The translations under genes and the position numbers were made by a program. Shown here piece by piece: positions 51,207-62,900 of a stretch of DNA of 64,000 nt. Source of the DNA: Carcharhinus amblyrhynchos (lineage: Eukaryota); contig OZ336881.1 in assembly GCA_965287045.1 (NCBI GenBank), positions 46,190,001 to 46,254,000 of the forward strand, read 5' to 3'. Below the pieces are notes generated by a model. The model was not told the DNA's origin. It worked only from the letters and a program-made list of their open reading frames with translations, and searched no databases. Every line of letters starts with the position of its first letter. The first letter of the stretch is position 1.

Positions 51207-51479
51207 TAGGTGTTGCATTGTCCTTCCAGTGTCTACGCTCCCTGATAAAGACCCCATTTTAGATGTGCAGGTAATTGTTGGCTTTTTCGATCCATGAAAT
51301 TTCTGGCTCAAACTAATAGTTTTAGTAAACTAAGAACCAGACCTACACATTTGCTCTCCAGATCTTTCCATTATCCAGGAGGTCTCTAGAGATAGGCTGC
51401 AGACCCAGTATAAAAATCTGATCAGTGTAGCAATTTGCTGAAATACAACCTGAAGTATAGATTTGAAATGAGCCCACCT

Positions 51480-51945
51480 TTTGATTTTCTGAGTCAGCTT
51501 TTTGTTAAGTGAGGAATATGGAGCTGAGGTGACAAATAGAGTTGAGGTGCAGCCCAGCCATAATCTAATTGAATAGTGAGTAAGGCTCAAAGGGATGAAC
51601 AGCATAGTCCTATTTTTATGTTCCGAATGTAATGAGACTTCAACACGCGCTTGAAAAAACAGACAGATTTCCATTGAATACAGTAATACACTGGACTATT
51701 TGTTGTGGCTAAACTAACTATGTAATGGAACTCATGTTACATAGTATCGCAATGTATTTACAGTACAGAAATTTGACAGGTCTGTGCCATTTTCTATGCT
51801 CCTTCCACATTTTTCCATCTAACCACATCAATGTACCCTTCATTTCTTATTCCATCATGTGCTTATCCAGCTTTCCCTTGAATGCACCTGTGCTATTCAC
51901 TTGAACCACCCTCTGGTAGTGAATTTCACATTCGAACCATTCTTT
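51480..51945. mobile_element. Two small CR1 3' fragments (+ 51480-51625; - 51740-51945)
   Basis: CAGCCATAATCTAATTGAAT..GGCTCAAAGGG and TTTCCCTTGAATGCACCTGTGCTATTCAC signatures. Confidence 0.65.
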
Positions 51946-52049
51946 ACACATATTCCTTTTGAAATGAACCACAGTGCTTTGCTTGCTTTTTCTTTTAAAC
52001 AACCTTATTAACTTGCGTTGCTACTTTTAGTTGTTTGTGTATCTGTACC

Positions 52050-52365
52050 AGGCATGATAGCACAGTGGTTAGCATTGCTCTTTCATCACGCCAGGGACCT
52101 GGGTTCAATTCTGGCCTTGGGTGAACGTCTCCCCGAGTTGCAAGGGTTTTCTCTGGGTGCTCCCGTTTCCTCCCCCAAGCCCAAAGATGTGCAGGTTAGG
52201 TGAATTGGAGTCGGGCTAAATTACCCCTTAGTATCCCAAGATGCGTAGGTTAGCGGATTAGCAGGGTAAATACATAAGGTTATGGTGATAGGGCTGGAGT
52301 AAGGTGGATCGGTGCAGACTTGATGGGCCAAATGGCCTCCTCCTGCACTAAGGCATGTTATGAAA
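52050..52365 (+). mobile_element. HE1-like V-SINE with CR1-type tail
   Basis: Head, partial V-domain and GATGGGCCAAATGGCCTCCTCCTGCAC tail. Confidence 0.9.
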
Positions 52366-52497
52366 ATGACCCTTAGATTTCTCTGTTCTCTGTCCTTGTT
52401 CTATAATGTTGTAGCTAGTTTCATGATGTTAAATTGGAACTACTTCCATAGTAATAAAATTAACGGTACAAACACAAGCTCAGACATTCAAATAATA

Positions 52498-53112
52498 GGC
52501 TGGATTTTCTCTGGGCTGTGATCTCAATTGGCCTCAATTTCTGGTCAGAAAGCCACTCTCTAGGGCCCACAGCAATGTCAGACCAGCAACCCCAGCAAGA
52601 GAGATGGACTCTTTTGAGGCAGGAAGGAAAATGCAAGAGAAGCTCACTGAGAAGATGTCACTCTGTTACTTGCAGAGAAATCAACAAATATAGTGGTCCA
52701 AAATTGGCAATGCTTTTGTGGTGAAGAGGAAACCGCTTTGCAGGGGTAATGAGAAATGCAATTGTGACCTTTAATCCCCAAGACCCAACCACTAGGACAC
52801 GGAGCCAATGGCTCTGATAGGCACCTGGCTTGCCAATAACAGGCTGCCTCCAGGGAGCTGATGGCCTCTGCACTTAGAAAGCAGCCACTCCAATGTCAGA
52901 AAAACTGGTGCCATCGCAAAATGGGCCCTACAAGGGGCCTTAATTGTTTGCCTGACTCCATGAACAAGCAGCTAATCCTATTCCAAGCCCATCCCTGAAA
53001 AAGCCCCATGGAGGCGGGAAGAGTCAGGCATCTATCCCATGACCCCATTTCCCCTATTTTCCTGGAACACTCATTCTGCTCCCCCCACCACTGCCCCACA
53101 AGAAAATACATC
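52498..53112. mobile_element. GGG-TIR element
   Basis: GGCTGGATTTTCT...AGAAAATACATCT ends, GC-rich interior. Confidence 0.5.
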
Positions 53113-53232
53113 TCAGTCTCTTGCGTTTATTATATTACATGTGTTATTATCTTTCTGGCATTGTTAACAGTCAATTGTTAATTATTCTCTTACAAACTAT
53201 AAAAAAGAACAAATCTCATATACTGAAACAAG

Positions 53233-53368
53233 AAATGTTGCCAAAACTTGTCATTTTGCACTCATTAGGACAAGTCCAAGAATGCCAAGTTTCAATCACA
53301 GCAATTTATACTACATTACAAACAATGAAATTTTTGTCCTGATGAGTGCAAGAGGAAAAGCTTCAAAG
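53233..53368. mobile_element. Small inverted-repeat element with two hammerhead-like motifs
   Basis: + strand TTGTC-CTGATGA-GTGCAAGAG-GAAA-AGCT-TC (53334-53364); inverted copy TTGTC-CTAATGA-GTGCAAAAT-GACA-AGTT-TT-GGCAA (53238-53273). Confidence 0.6.
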
Positions 53369-53369
53369 T

Positions 53370-53621
53370 AAAAGGTAAAGTTTATCTATTAGTCCCAAAT
53401 AAGGTTTATACTTAACACTGCAATGAAGTTACTGTGAAATTCCCCTAATCACCACAGTCAATGCACCCAACCAGCAGATCTTTCAGAGTGTGGGAAGAAA
53501 CTGGAGCACCTGGAGAAAACCCATTCAGACACAGGGAGAATGTGCAGACAGTGACCCAAGCCAGGAATCGAACCCAGGCCCCTGGCACTGTGAAGCAGCA
53601 GTGCTAACCACTGTGCCACCC
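53370..53621 (-). mobile_element. V-SINE with alternative tail
   Basis: TTAACACTGCAATGAAGTTACTGTGAAATTCCCCTA...GTGCTAACCACTGTGCCACC. Confidence 0.92.
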
Positions 53622-53630
53622 TAACATCAT

Positions 53631-54177
53631 GGGCTGATTTTATCATTTTCTTTCTAAGTGCTGCATCTGGGCACAATTCAGATCTGACTTGGAAATCTGC
53701 TTTCAGGCGCCCCCATACACACTCGGCCTGAAGAAAAAATCATGAGTCTAAATTGCACTATGGGCAGGGCTTAGCACACCCAGAACAATCAAACATCTGA
53801 ACCGTTAGAAAAAAATTTTGAAAAAGCGTGCCCGTGTCAGCTCCGTCCCGGGCCGCAGAAAGCGGGAGAAATGGCCCTCAGACTTTGATTCCGCAGGTTT
53901 ATTTTGGCGTGATTCCAGATCAGTGAACGCGGTGGTAAAGGGGGAAATGCTGATAAAGTTGGGTGGGCAGTTCATTAATTCAATTGAAATACATGCAAAT
54001 GCATTTAAATTGCCATTGTGCCCGTTTTGGGCGTGAAGCAGATCACAGCCATTCCCGGGCCACGGTAAAGTGGCCAGCTGCGCGGATGCGGGCCCGGATC
54101 GCGTTAATGGCCTCACGCCCAACTTTACCACATTTTTGCATCGGAAAATGACTTGACGTGATGGTACAATAGGGCCC
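53631..54177. mobile_element. Young CpG-rich non-autonomous DNA element (Harbinger-like)
   Basis: TIRs GGGCTGATTTTATCAT / ATGGTACAATAGGGCCC; CAT/CAT TSD; same family as 1-134. Confidence 0.8.
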
Positions 54178-54237
54178 CATGTCTCTGTTTTCAGCCATAT
54201 TCAAATAACGCTGAACATTATTTTGATTCAAAACCTT

Positions 54238-55362
54238 GGGCAGAATCCAATGGAGTTCCCAGGAGTGGGAAACAAGGTAGGTAGAGGCAATTATATGTGT
54301 GGGAGGGCAAATATCAGCTTCCCAATGGCAAGGTAAACATTGGGAACTAAGTTGGCAGCAGATCTTGGTTCAGACGGCAAGTGGAGGGAATATATAAGCA
54401 TGTCATGCATATTCGATGAAAGACATGGTTGCCAGATTAAGTTGTACCTTCTTGCTTAAGTTGACAGCAAACAAGGAACACGTGCCTCCAAATTGATGAC
54501 CCATTAAAGATGGCATGTAGCATGCTGGTTAGTCTTGTAGGTGGCTTTGAAGTGATTAAGAGCCTCTTTTCGTGTATGGGAGGCTTTATGCACCAGGAAG
54601 GAGGAAACTGAGCTATTTCTATTGAACCCCGACGGCAGGACAGGTCAAAGTATGGTTGTCAAGGGAAGGAGGTCAAGTCATGACAGCCTACAGAAGGGAG
54701 GGAACTGGACAACCAAGAGTTTCTTCTGAAGGCAGCTCAAATGTGATTAAGGGAAGGTCAAGGCTGATTGAGGGCAGCGCAGTGGTGAGACTCAGAGAAT
54801 CAGAAGTAACTGAGGGATGAAAGAGGGAGGTCAAAGATGATGGGGTGGAGGACAGAACCAAGCTTCTGGGGGGGGGTATGGTATTCAATGGTGATGAGGT
54901 TGTGGGGCAACTTAGGATGAAAGACAGATGATCGGGGTGATGATGGATAGCTTGAGGGTCACTGAAGGCAAGATTTGGGTGATGGAGGGACTATCAAATT
55001 GGCTGAGGGGCAGTTTATGGCCTTGGCTCGGAGCTTCAACAGTGGCAGATGGGGAGGAGTTGTTAACAACTAAAGTTCAAATACCCCTCCCCGATCAGGA
55101 AATACAGTGACTCATTTGCAGGGAATGGAAGCCTGTCTGGATGCCATTGAATTGCCCAAAGTTTGTGCCTTTGACTACTATGAAATAACGGTGGGGTCAA
55201 TGACTTCCTACCTGCTCCCACACGTTTGGCCATGCCCCTCAACAGCTAATTGGCTGACTACTGTGTGATTAGCTCTAGCCAACTGTCCTGCCTCTGAGAA
55301 GAGGTGCTGCTCAGTCCCAGTCCCTCCATCATCACACTTGCTTTTGCAACAAGATTCCATCC
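54238..55362. mobile_element. Old GGG-TIR element
   Basis: GGGCAGAATC...AAGATTCCATCC ends, purine-rich core. Confidence 0.4.
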
Positions 55363-55384
55363 TTATCATTTCTAGTGTTTTATA

Positions 55385-55970
55385 AATGGGGGCATGGAAT
55401 AAAACAACAAAGAAGTTACGAAACTGTATGAAACATTAATTTGACTTCAACTGGTGTACTGTGTCTAATTCTCAGCACCACACTTTAGGAATGATGTGGC
55501 AACAAACAAAGGGTGCAGAAAATGTTCATGGGAATGGTTTCAGGAATGAGGAACTTCATTTACAAGGATAGGTTGGAAAAGCTAGGTTTGCTCTCCTTGG
55601 AGTAGTGAAGATTAAAATTTGATAGAGGAGTTTAAAATCATGAAGTCTAGCCAAAGTAGATGGGGAGAAACTGTTCTTTTTGGTGGAAAGTTCCAGAAGT
55701 ATAGTAGACCTGTTTAAGGTGATTGGCAGAATAAGCAAAGATGAGATGAGGATAAATTTTTACATGGAGTGAGCAATTAGGACCAGGAATGCAATGCTTG
55801 GGAGAATAGTGGAGGCAGATTTGAATGACAGCTTCAAAAGAAAATTGGACAATTATCTGAAGAGAAAACAGTTTTCGAATGGAACAAGCTAAGTTCCTCC
55901 TACAAAGAGCTAGCACAGATATGACCAACTGCGTGACCTCCTCCTATGCTGTAACCATTCTGTGACATTA
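55385..55970 (+). mobile_element. CR1 LINE 3' fragment (old)
   Basis: CAACTGGTGTACTGTGTCTAATTCTCAGCACCACACTTTAGG (QLEYCVQFWAPHFR-like) plus tail CTCCTCCTATGCTGTAACCATTCTGTG. Confidence 0.85.
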
Positions 55971-56247
55971 TGAGAATACATTTTCAATCTCAGAAAATGA
56001 AAGATTAATGTTTTTAAGATGCACTCAATCCATCAATTTCTAGATGAGCTATTCCAGGGAATTGACATGCAGTGCTTAATTCTACATCCAAAACATCAAA
56101 AATTAACAGAAGTGCCTTGTTTTTGAGTGAACTGCTCTACATCACAGCTACAGATAAACTATACAGTGATGAGCCTTAATGTGCAGTTGCTAAACATTGG
56201 CAGTCGTGAAACTGAAGTGTTGCACATGAAGTGTGATTCGCTTTTTA

Positions 56248-57243
56248 AATTCTTTCATGGGATATCAGCATCATTATCAAGGCCAGCATATGTTGGCCAT
56301 CCCTGTTGGCCTTGAGAAGTGGTGGTGAGCTTTCTTCTTGATAAGCCACCATCTATGTGACATAGAACCATAGTGCTGTTAGGGAGGAGTTTTCAGCATT
56401 TTGACAGTGAAGGAACAGCAGTACAATTCTAAGTCAGGATGATGTTTTGAGGGGTATTTGCAGTTGGTGGTGTTTTGATGTATCTGCTGCTCTTGTTCTT
56501 CTAGGAGTTAGAGATTGTGGGTTTGGAAGGTGCTGTCAAAGGAGGCTTGATGAGTTGCTGAAGTGTATCTTGTATGTGGTACACAATGCTGCCACTGGGT
56601 GTTGATGACATAGGGACTAAGCTTCTAAAATGGTGGATGAGGTCCTAATCAAGTGGGCTGCTTTGTCTTCAATGCTGACTAGTTTCTTGAGTATTGTTGG
56701 AGCTGCACTCATCCAGGCAACTGAAGAGTATTCCATCATACTCCTGACTTGTGCCTTGCAGATTGTGGAAAGCTTTAAGAACTCAGAAATTAAGTTACTC
56801 ATTGCAGAATTCTCACCTTCTTTCGTCACAGTATTTAGCCGGCTGATTGTGTTAAATTTCTGATCAATGGTAACCTCTGGATGCTGATGGTGAGGAATTC
56901 AGCAACGTTGATGCCATTGAATGTCATGGAAAGATGATTGGATTCTCTGTTGTTAGAAATGGTTATTGCCTGGCATTTCCATTGTATACAAGTTACTCAG
57001 CCCTTATCAGACCAAGTTTGAATGTTGCCCAGGCCTTTTGCGTCTGAACATGGAATTCTTCAGTATCCAAGGAGTCACACATGGCACTGAACACTACAAT
57101 TATCTGCAAATTTCCCCACTTCTGACCTTATGATACAAAGCAAGTCATTAATGAAGTAGCTGAAGATGGATAGGCCGAGTGCATTGCTGTGAAGAACTCT
57201 TGCAGTGATGACCTGAAGTGAGATGATTGACTTTCAACAACTA
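56248..57243 (-). mobile_element. LINE-B (CR1/L2-group) 3' region
   Basis: ORF 56617-56829 LSTICKAQVRSMMEYSSVAWMSAAPTILKKL..DKAAHLI; RT FADNC (decayed FADD) near 57100; 3' tail shared with SINE-B. Confidence 0.88.
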
Positions 57244-59088
57244 TAATATTAGACAATCTAAAAATGTAATCTTCCATTTAGGTAAAAATATAATAGTTGT
57301 TGCCATTACAGTAATTAGAGTACCCATACTCTTATTAAACTGAGTAAAATAATCAACTTTATAATTTTAAATGATTCACATGCAATTAAATATTTTGTGG
57401 AGTATTTATAAATTTGGCTTTTAAACTCGAGGCTCATTGAAAGTAATTAACATAATTAATAGTTCTAAATGCATAATTTTGGTTGGCTTCATATTTGATA
57501 AATAATAAGACACAAAATATGAACTTGATTAGACACATAAGATAGGAAATGTGTATTTCAGGGCAGTCTGTGCTATGAGTAGTCCCCATGTCTCAGTAAT
57601 TCATGTTGTGTTAGTCTTAAACCCATAATATTTAATTGCAAAGTTACATAGTGTACTTTTAAAAACTATTGAATCATCTCTGATACCATTTTAAAATTTC
57701 AAAGGTTACTCTGGTTGCCCCGTTAGCACAGTTATCAGGTAGACTCATGCAGGGAAGATGTCCTCTCTCTGCCTTGTGTTGTGTTTATAACTTGACTACA
57801 TCACACACAAAGTAAACCTTCCTGAATATTTTAATACAACGACCATGGCAAGCAAAGTGATGGGGGGAGGGGGGTGGGGGGTGGTGTGGTCTGTCATCAT
57901 TTGAGGGTTGTGTGTGTATATTTGTGAACTACTTAACAATGTTAAACTCGTAATTGCCTGTAGCTTCGGAGGATGCTGGATCAGAGCTCAAGCTAAGGAT
58001 TTCAATTTTTATTGCTTTATAAAATTTCTATTTAAGCTGTATCTATGCTAAATAGATAACTTTGTCATTTACAGTGGGAGTATTATTACAGAACAGATGA
58101 AAGAAGATTAACTGTAAGGACAGGTGTATTTGAATGTTAATGTTTCTCTGGGCTAATTCTAATATTAATCAAGGAGTCATTCAAACCTTGGCTAGGGCTC
58201 AGCAAGTTCAGGTTGATTTGCATTTTAAACTTAGGTGAGCGGGTGGAATTTAACCTCGGACATTGTTTCTATTAAATGCTTTTATTATGATGCAAAATGG
58301 GGAAACAAAGCCAAAATGAGCAAGAGATGCTTCTAAATTTAGGCGTGGAGAAATTGTGTCATCATCAATAGAGTATAATTTGGAATATTATTAGAATAAT
58401 TTGCTTTACAATTCTAACCTAATTTGCGTATCAGAAAATTGTAATGTAGCATATAATTTTTGTATGGACTAATCAGTGTTGGCAGGGTACACTGCAGCTG
58501 TGGAAGAGAGCCTCTTTATTTATTGATGAAAATCTCAAGGGAGAAATGGGTCCAGAATAAGCAAACCTTTTGATTGGATCCAATATTTTAAAAGATTAAG
58601 TTACATATGATGTATAAGATTCTGAAGCTATAAAGATAATTAGGAGTGTTGTTTGCAAGCCTCCAATGAGAAAGAGGCCTCATTTGTCAAAAAAGTACAT
58701 CTCAAATCCAATATAGAAAATTTACAGTGTAATTTGGCCACAAATCTAATTGCTGAACGGACAAGGCAAAGCTATCATTATACTGCCAAACCTAAAGGCT
58801 GTAATGCATTCTTCTTATAATAGATTCCTCATTGTCATACATGTGCAATAGTCCAATCTTTCAAATGTGATACCAAAAACCTTGAACTTTAAGTATCTCC
58901 CCTAAAGGCAGTACGTTTATATTTCGTCATAATCTTGCTGTGTACATTTTCAATTAAAAAGAATAATTAATTAATTAAGCTAGAATTGTTATTACAATTA
59001 ACATCAGTAATATATCCTTATGAACATTCAAAATTATTGGCCAGGAATAAACTAGATGGTTCTCCAAGTCCACCTCACTCAATAGTAC

Positions 59089-59265
59089 AAAATCAAAATA
59101 CTGCAGATAATGGAAATCCAAAATAAAACAGAAAATGACTCAACAGATCAAGCAGCATCTGTGAGAAGAAAAATAGAGTTTCAGGTCAACGTGCTTCTGA
59201 TGAAAAGTCAGACCTGATTTATCTTCACCGATGCTGCCACACTTACCAAGTGTTTTCTGTTTTGA
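59089..59265. mobile_element. Degenerate palindromic mini-element related to 5245-5492, opposite orientation
   Basis: AAAACAGAAAATG..GCAGCATC / GATGCTGC..TTTTCTGTTTT arms; central CTGATGA at 59197-59203. Confidence 0.65.
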
Positions 59266-59505
59266 TCCCAAATCATGATGACAGGACTTAATTCAGATAA
59301 CTGTACTTTGCATAACGATGCATTTTGATTGGATCAACAGAGAATAAAGAAATCATTTCTAGGCAACAGTTCTGAAAGAAATGAGAGAGCAAAAGATGTT
59401 GGTGTTTTGTGTGCCAGTCATTAAAAGTTTGTGACCAATGCTGAGAAACTTTAACTAAACCTAACAGGGTATTGGGATATATTGATAGAACCATGCAGCA
59501 CAAGA

Positions 59506-60417
59506 TGTTGAGAAGTGGAAAAGTGAAATAAGTCAGCAGAGGCTGGTATCCCTTCACTAGATTCCCTTTTATTTACAAGCTCCATCTAAGTTCAGAGAGC
59601 GTTACAAGTTCTAAGTCAGCATTCAGAGTGTCAGGAGACCTGACACTCCCAGTGATGTATACAACAAAGGCTCCCTGATTGAGCTCTTTATTGCTTGTCC
59701 AATCAGGGAGCTCTTTTTATGACAAAACAGTACAAAATACAGGTGCAAAAGTACATTACAAGTTATAAAGATCACATTTAACAATCAACAAATTACATGA
59801 ATTACAGTGGTACAAACAAAGAACCACGACGGACAGCTGGCACGTGTTGTTGCTAGTTATCCACAGCCCATCTTCAACGATGCAGACAACTTGCAACAAC
59901 ATTGAAGCCAACAAACTTCTATATAAATATTACCGATGGCTAATGCCATCCAGTAACCATTAACAAGTACTACCCTTCAGTAAGAAGGATTCATTATATG
60001 CTATCTTTTCCAGGGCATTGCCCTCTAAATGCACCCTTTAAATTATGACCATTAAATAATATTATCACAGTATAACAACCAACTATTACACTAAAAATGA
60101 AATAAACATTAAAACTTATTTGTTACCCTGCAGGACATTGCCTCCTGGGTTTTTCCCCTGCTGGGGTGTGGTGGTGGGGAACCAAACCTCCGGAGGTACT
60201 TATAGCTGGGAGTTGTACTTGATGGATGCTTGGCCAGAAGTGAGAGAGGGGAAGTCACCTCGAACTTACTCTGTCCGGATCTTCCCTTCTGGATTTTTAG
60301 GCTGGGATGGTGAGGGCGGGGGGGCAGGTGTTGCTCTCTGGGGTACTCAGTCTGGGCAAGAGCTCAATCAGGGAGTTCATATTCTGCGTATTTATTGGCC
60401 TCATTGAAGTCATTACA
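59506..60417. mobile_element. Probable solo LTR (TG...CA) with an internal insertion of about 650-670 bp
   Basis: TGTTG...TTACA ends flanked by (A)AGA, splitting a CR1 3' tail (ATAGAACCATGCAGCACAAGA | AGGGGCGAGCCATTTGG). Confidence 0.55.
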
Positions 60418-60915
60418 AGAAGGGGCGAGCCATTTGGTCTGTTGAATCTGCTTCACCATTCAATAAGATCATGGCTGATATGACTGTGATCTTAACTCCA
60501 CTTTCCTGCTTGCCCCCAAACTTTAACTTTCTTAGTCACCCAAAGGTGGCACATTCTTCTCACGGAGCCTTTCTTTCTCAGTGGAATATATCTTTGTGAG
60601 TTACGAAGTATTACCTTAAATGTCTGCCACCAATTCTCCACCATCTTATCTTTTAACCTTTATTCCCAGGCCAATTTCGCCAATTTTGTCTTTATACTTT
60701 GCCTTTGTTGTCCTGAGTTTCACATCCACATAATTCACCCCCAAATTGACCATGAAATTGTAACATCTTATGATCACTCTTACCTAAAGGATCCTTTAAA
60801 ACAAAGTAATTAATTAATCCTGGGTCATTACACATTACCATGTCTAAAACAACTTGTTCTCTGGATGGTTCCAGAACATATTATTCCAAGGAACTGTCCC
60901 AAGTACACTATATGA
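60418..60915 (-). mobile_element. CR1 fragments (3' UTR and endonuclease-proximal region)
   Basis: CCATTCAATAAGATCATGGCTGAT; TCATTACACATTACCATGTCTAAAACAACTTGTTC (ILDLVMCN-like on the minus strand). Confidence 0.75.
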
Positions 60916-60934
60916 ATATCATCATTTTGACACT

Positions 60935-61660
60935 ATAAATGTTAGATTTCAGACCGCATCTGGAGTACTGTTCCCAGTTTGATGCTCCCATATGTGTGAA
61001 ATACAATGGCATTAAAAAATGTCCAATGGAGAGCTACAAGAATGATTCCTGATGGAAGGAATGTAAGTTATTCAGGTTCAAAGACCTTGATTTATTTACT
61101 TCAGGTTTATGCAGACTGAAGGGTGATTTGATAGAGGTATATAAAATAAGGAGTGGAGTGCATTCCTATTTATAGATTATTTGAGTTTAACAGAGGAGAG
61201 CTACAATAATGATTCCCAGCTTAAAGAACATGAGCTACTCAGATTGGGTTAAAGACTTTTGTTTATTTAGTTTAGGATAATGCAGACCAAGGAGTGACCT
61301 GATACAATTAAAGAACTGGATAGCATCCCTATTTATAGATTATTCCAGTTTAACAGATGGGAGAAGAGTATGGAATATGATTTTTAATAATATACAAAGA
61401 GGAAAAATTGGATGTTGGGCAACATTTCTTTTCCCAGTCAGTTTGAATCTCTAGAATATATTGTTGGCTGGTCTGGCAGGTATTAATCATCTGTATCCCT
61501 TCAAGAGGTAGCTCGGACTTCCTGACAGGAGCAGAGATTGAATCAAAAGGAACATACTTGTCTTAAAGTCCTGATGAACACTTGGATTAATTTTGATTGC
61601 CTGAGGGAATTAAGACAGGAATTTTCCAAAGTATTTATTCCGCTCTTGGTTCTGTGATTT
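60935..61660 (+). mobile_element. Ancient CR1 3' fragment with internal tandem duplication
   Basis: AGACCGCATCTGGAGTACTGTTCCCAGTTT (RPHLEYCSQF); about 165-bp unit repeated at 61031 and 61198. Confidence 0.8.
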
Positions 61661-61744
61661 TTTTTGCCATCGTGCAACCCACTCTACTTACACATCCAAG
61701 TATTTGACTTTAATTGCACTTCACTTCTATTCTAACCCTTGCAC

Positions 61745-62900
61745 AGATTTTGGTGTTCCCTGGTAACTTACCTTACTCCAAATAGCACTGTCCATGTTAT
61801 TAATAAAGATTGTGAAGAATAGCAGCTCAAGGATGATCCTTGAGGTACTCTACCAGTCACGTTTCTCCGAGTTGAATCATATCTTTTAGTTATAACATTT
61901 TGACTGCAGGATTAGAGACAATTCCAGTCCTATGTTTCAGATTTCTCCTGATAGCACAAGTAAACTAGATTGAGTTATCTTATCACAGGGTTTCTGAAAG
62001 TCCAGGTAAACAATGTCGATGGATTTCCTTCATCCACTACCAGCCTAACGTCCTCAAAAAACTCTATAAAGATTTGGTAAGCGCAACTTACTTTCTTTTC
62101 AGGAGCTGTGTTGTCACTGTCCAATGGTCCCTTCCTATACCCACTGATCACAAAGTTGTCTCTTACAGTCCTTTCTCACAAGTCCCCAGTAATGAATCCC
62201 CAGTTAAAAAAAAATGAAAATAGAAATTATGTGTGCTGGATGGGGAGACAGTGAAGTGGTGATAATGTCATTGGACTTGTAAACCAGACACTATGGCTAC
62301 AGCTCTGGGGAAACAGATTCAAATCCCACCATAGCAGCAGATAAAATACAAATTCAATAAATAAAAATCTGGAATTTAAAGCTATTCTCAGGAATGGTGA
62401 GCATTAAGTTATCACCAATTGTTGTTAAAAACCCATCTAGTTTTCTACTGAACTCTCGGAGAGAAGATCTGTCATCCTTACCCAGACTGATCTACCTGTA
62501 ACTCCAGACACACAGCAATGTGGTTGGATCCTAACTGGCTCTGAAGTGGCCTAGCAAGCCACTCAGTTCAAGGCCAATTAGGGAGAGATAACAAAATAAA
62601 TGCTGGCTTTGGTAGTGGCACCCACATCTCATGAAACATTAAACAAATAAAAATAATCTAGCTGACGGGATCTGTCCCTGATACTCCTAAGCCAGTGATG
62701 GTTTGGGCAAAGGGCTCACAGAGCACCAGTCCAGTCTTCTTAATTATCCTTGGATGGATAATATCTTGACCTGGAGTCCTATCAATTCTTAGCTTTTCCA
62801 AGGTTATTACATTGCTCTTTATTTTAATCTTAGTAATGCTATTTCAATACCGATATAAAATTGTAACTTGGCAGCTCTGCTGTCATCCACGAATGGGTTT
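61745..62900 (-). mobile_element. Ancient CR1 RT region, interrupted by SINE-B
   Basis: Minus strand FFEDVRLVVDEGN..IVYLDFQK, VPQG..LFFTIFINNMD and PGQDIIHPRIIK. Confidence 0.8.
62241..62652 (+). mobile_element. SINE-B, near full length
   Basis: tRNA-like head (AGTGGTGATAATGTCATTGGACT...TTCAAATCCCACC), body, and 3' tail matching the LINE-B end. Confidence 0.88.

Noticed and set aside
53700-54150. CpG island or promoter
   Set aside because: The CpG density lies entirely inside a TIR/TSD-bounded repeat that has a second copy at 1-134.
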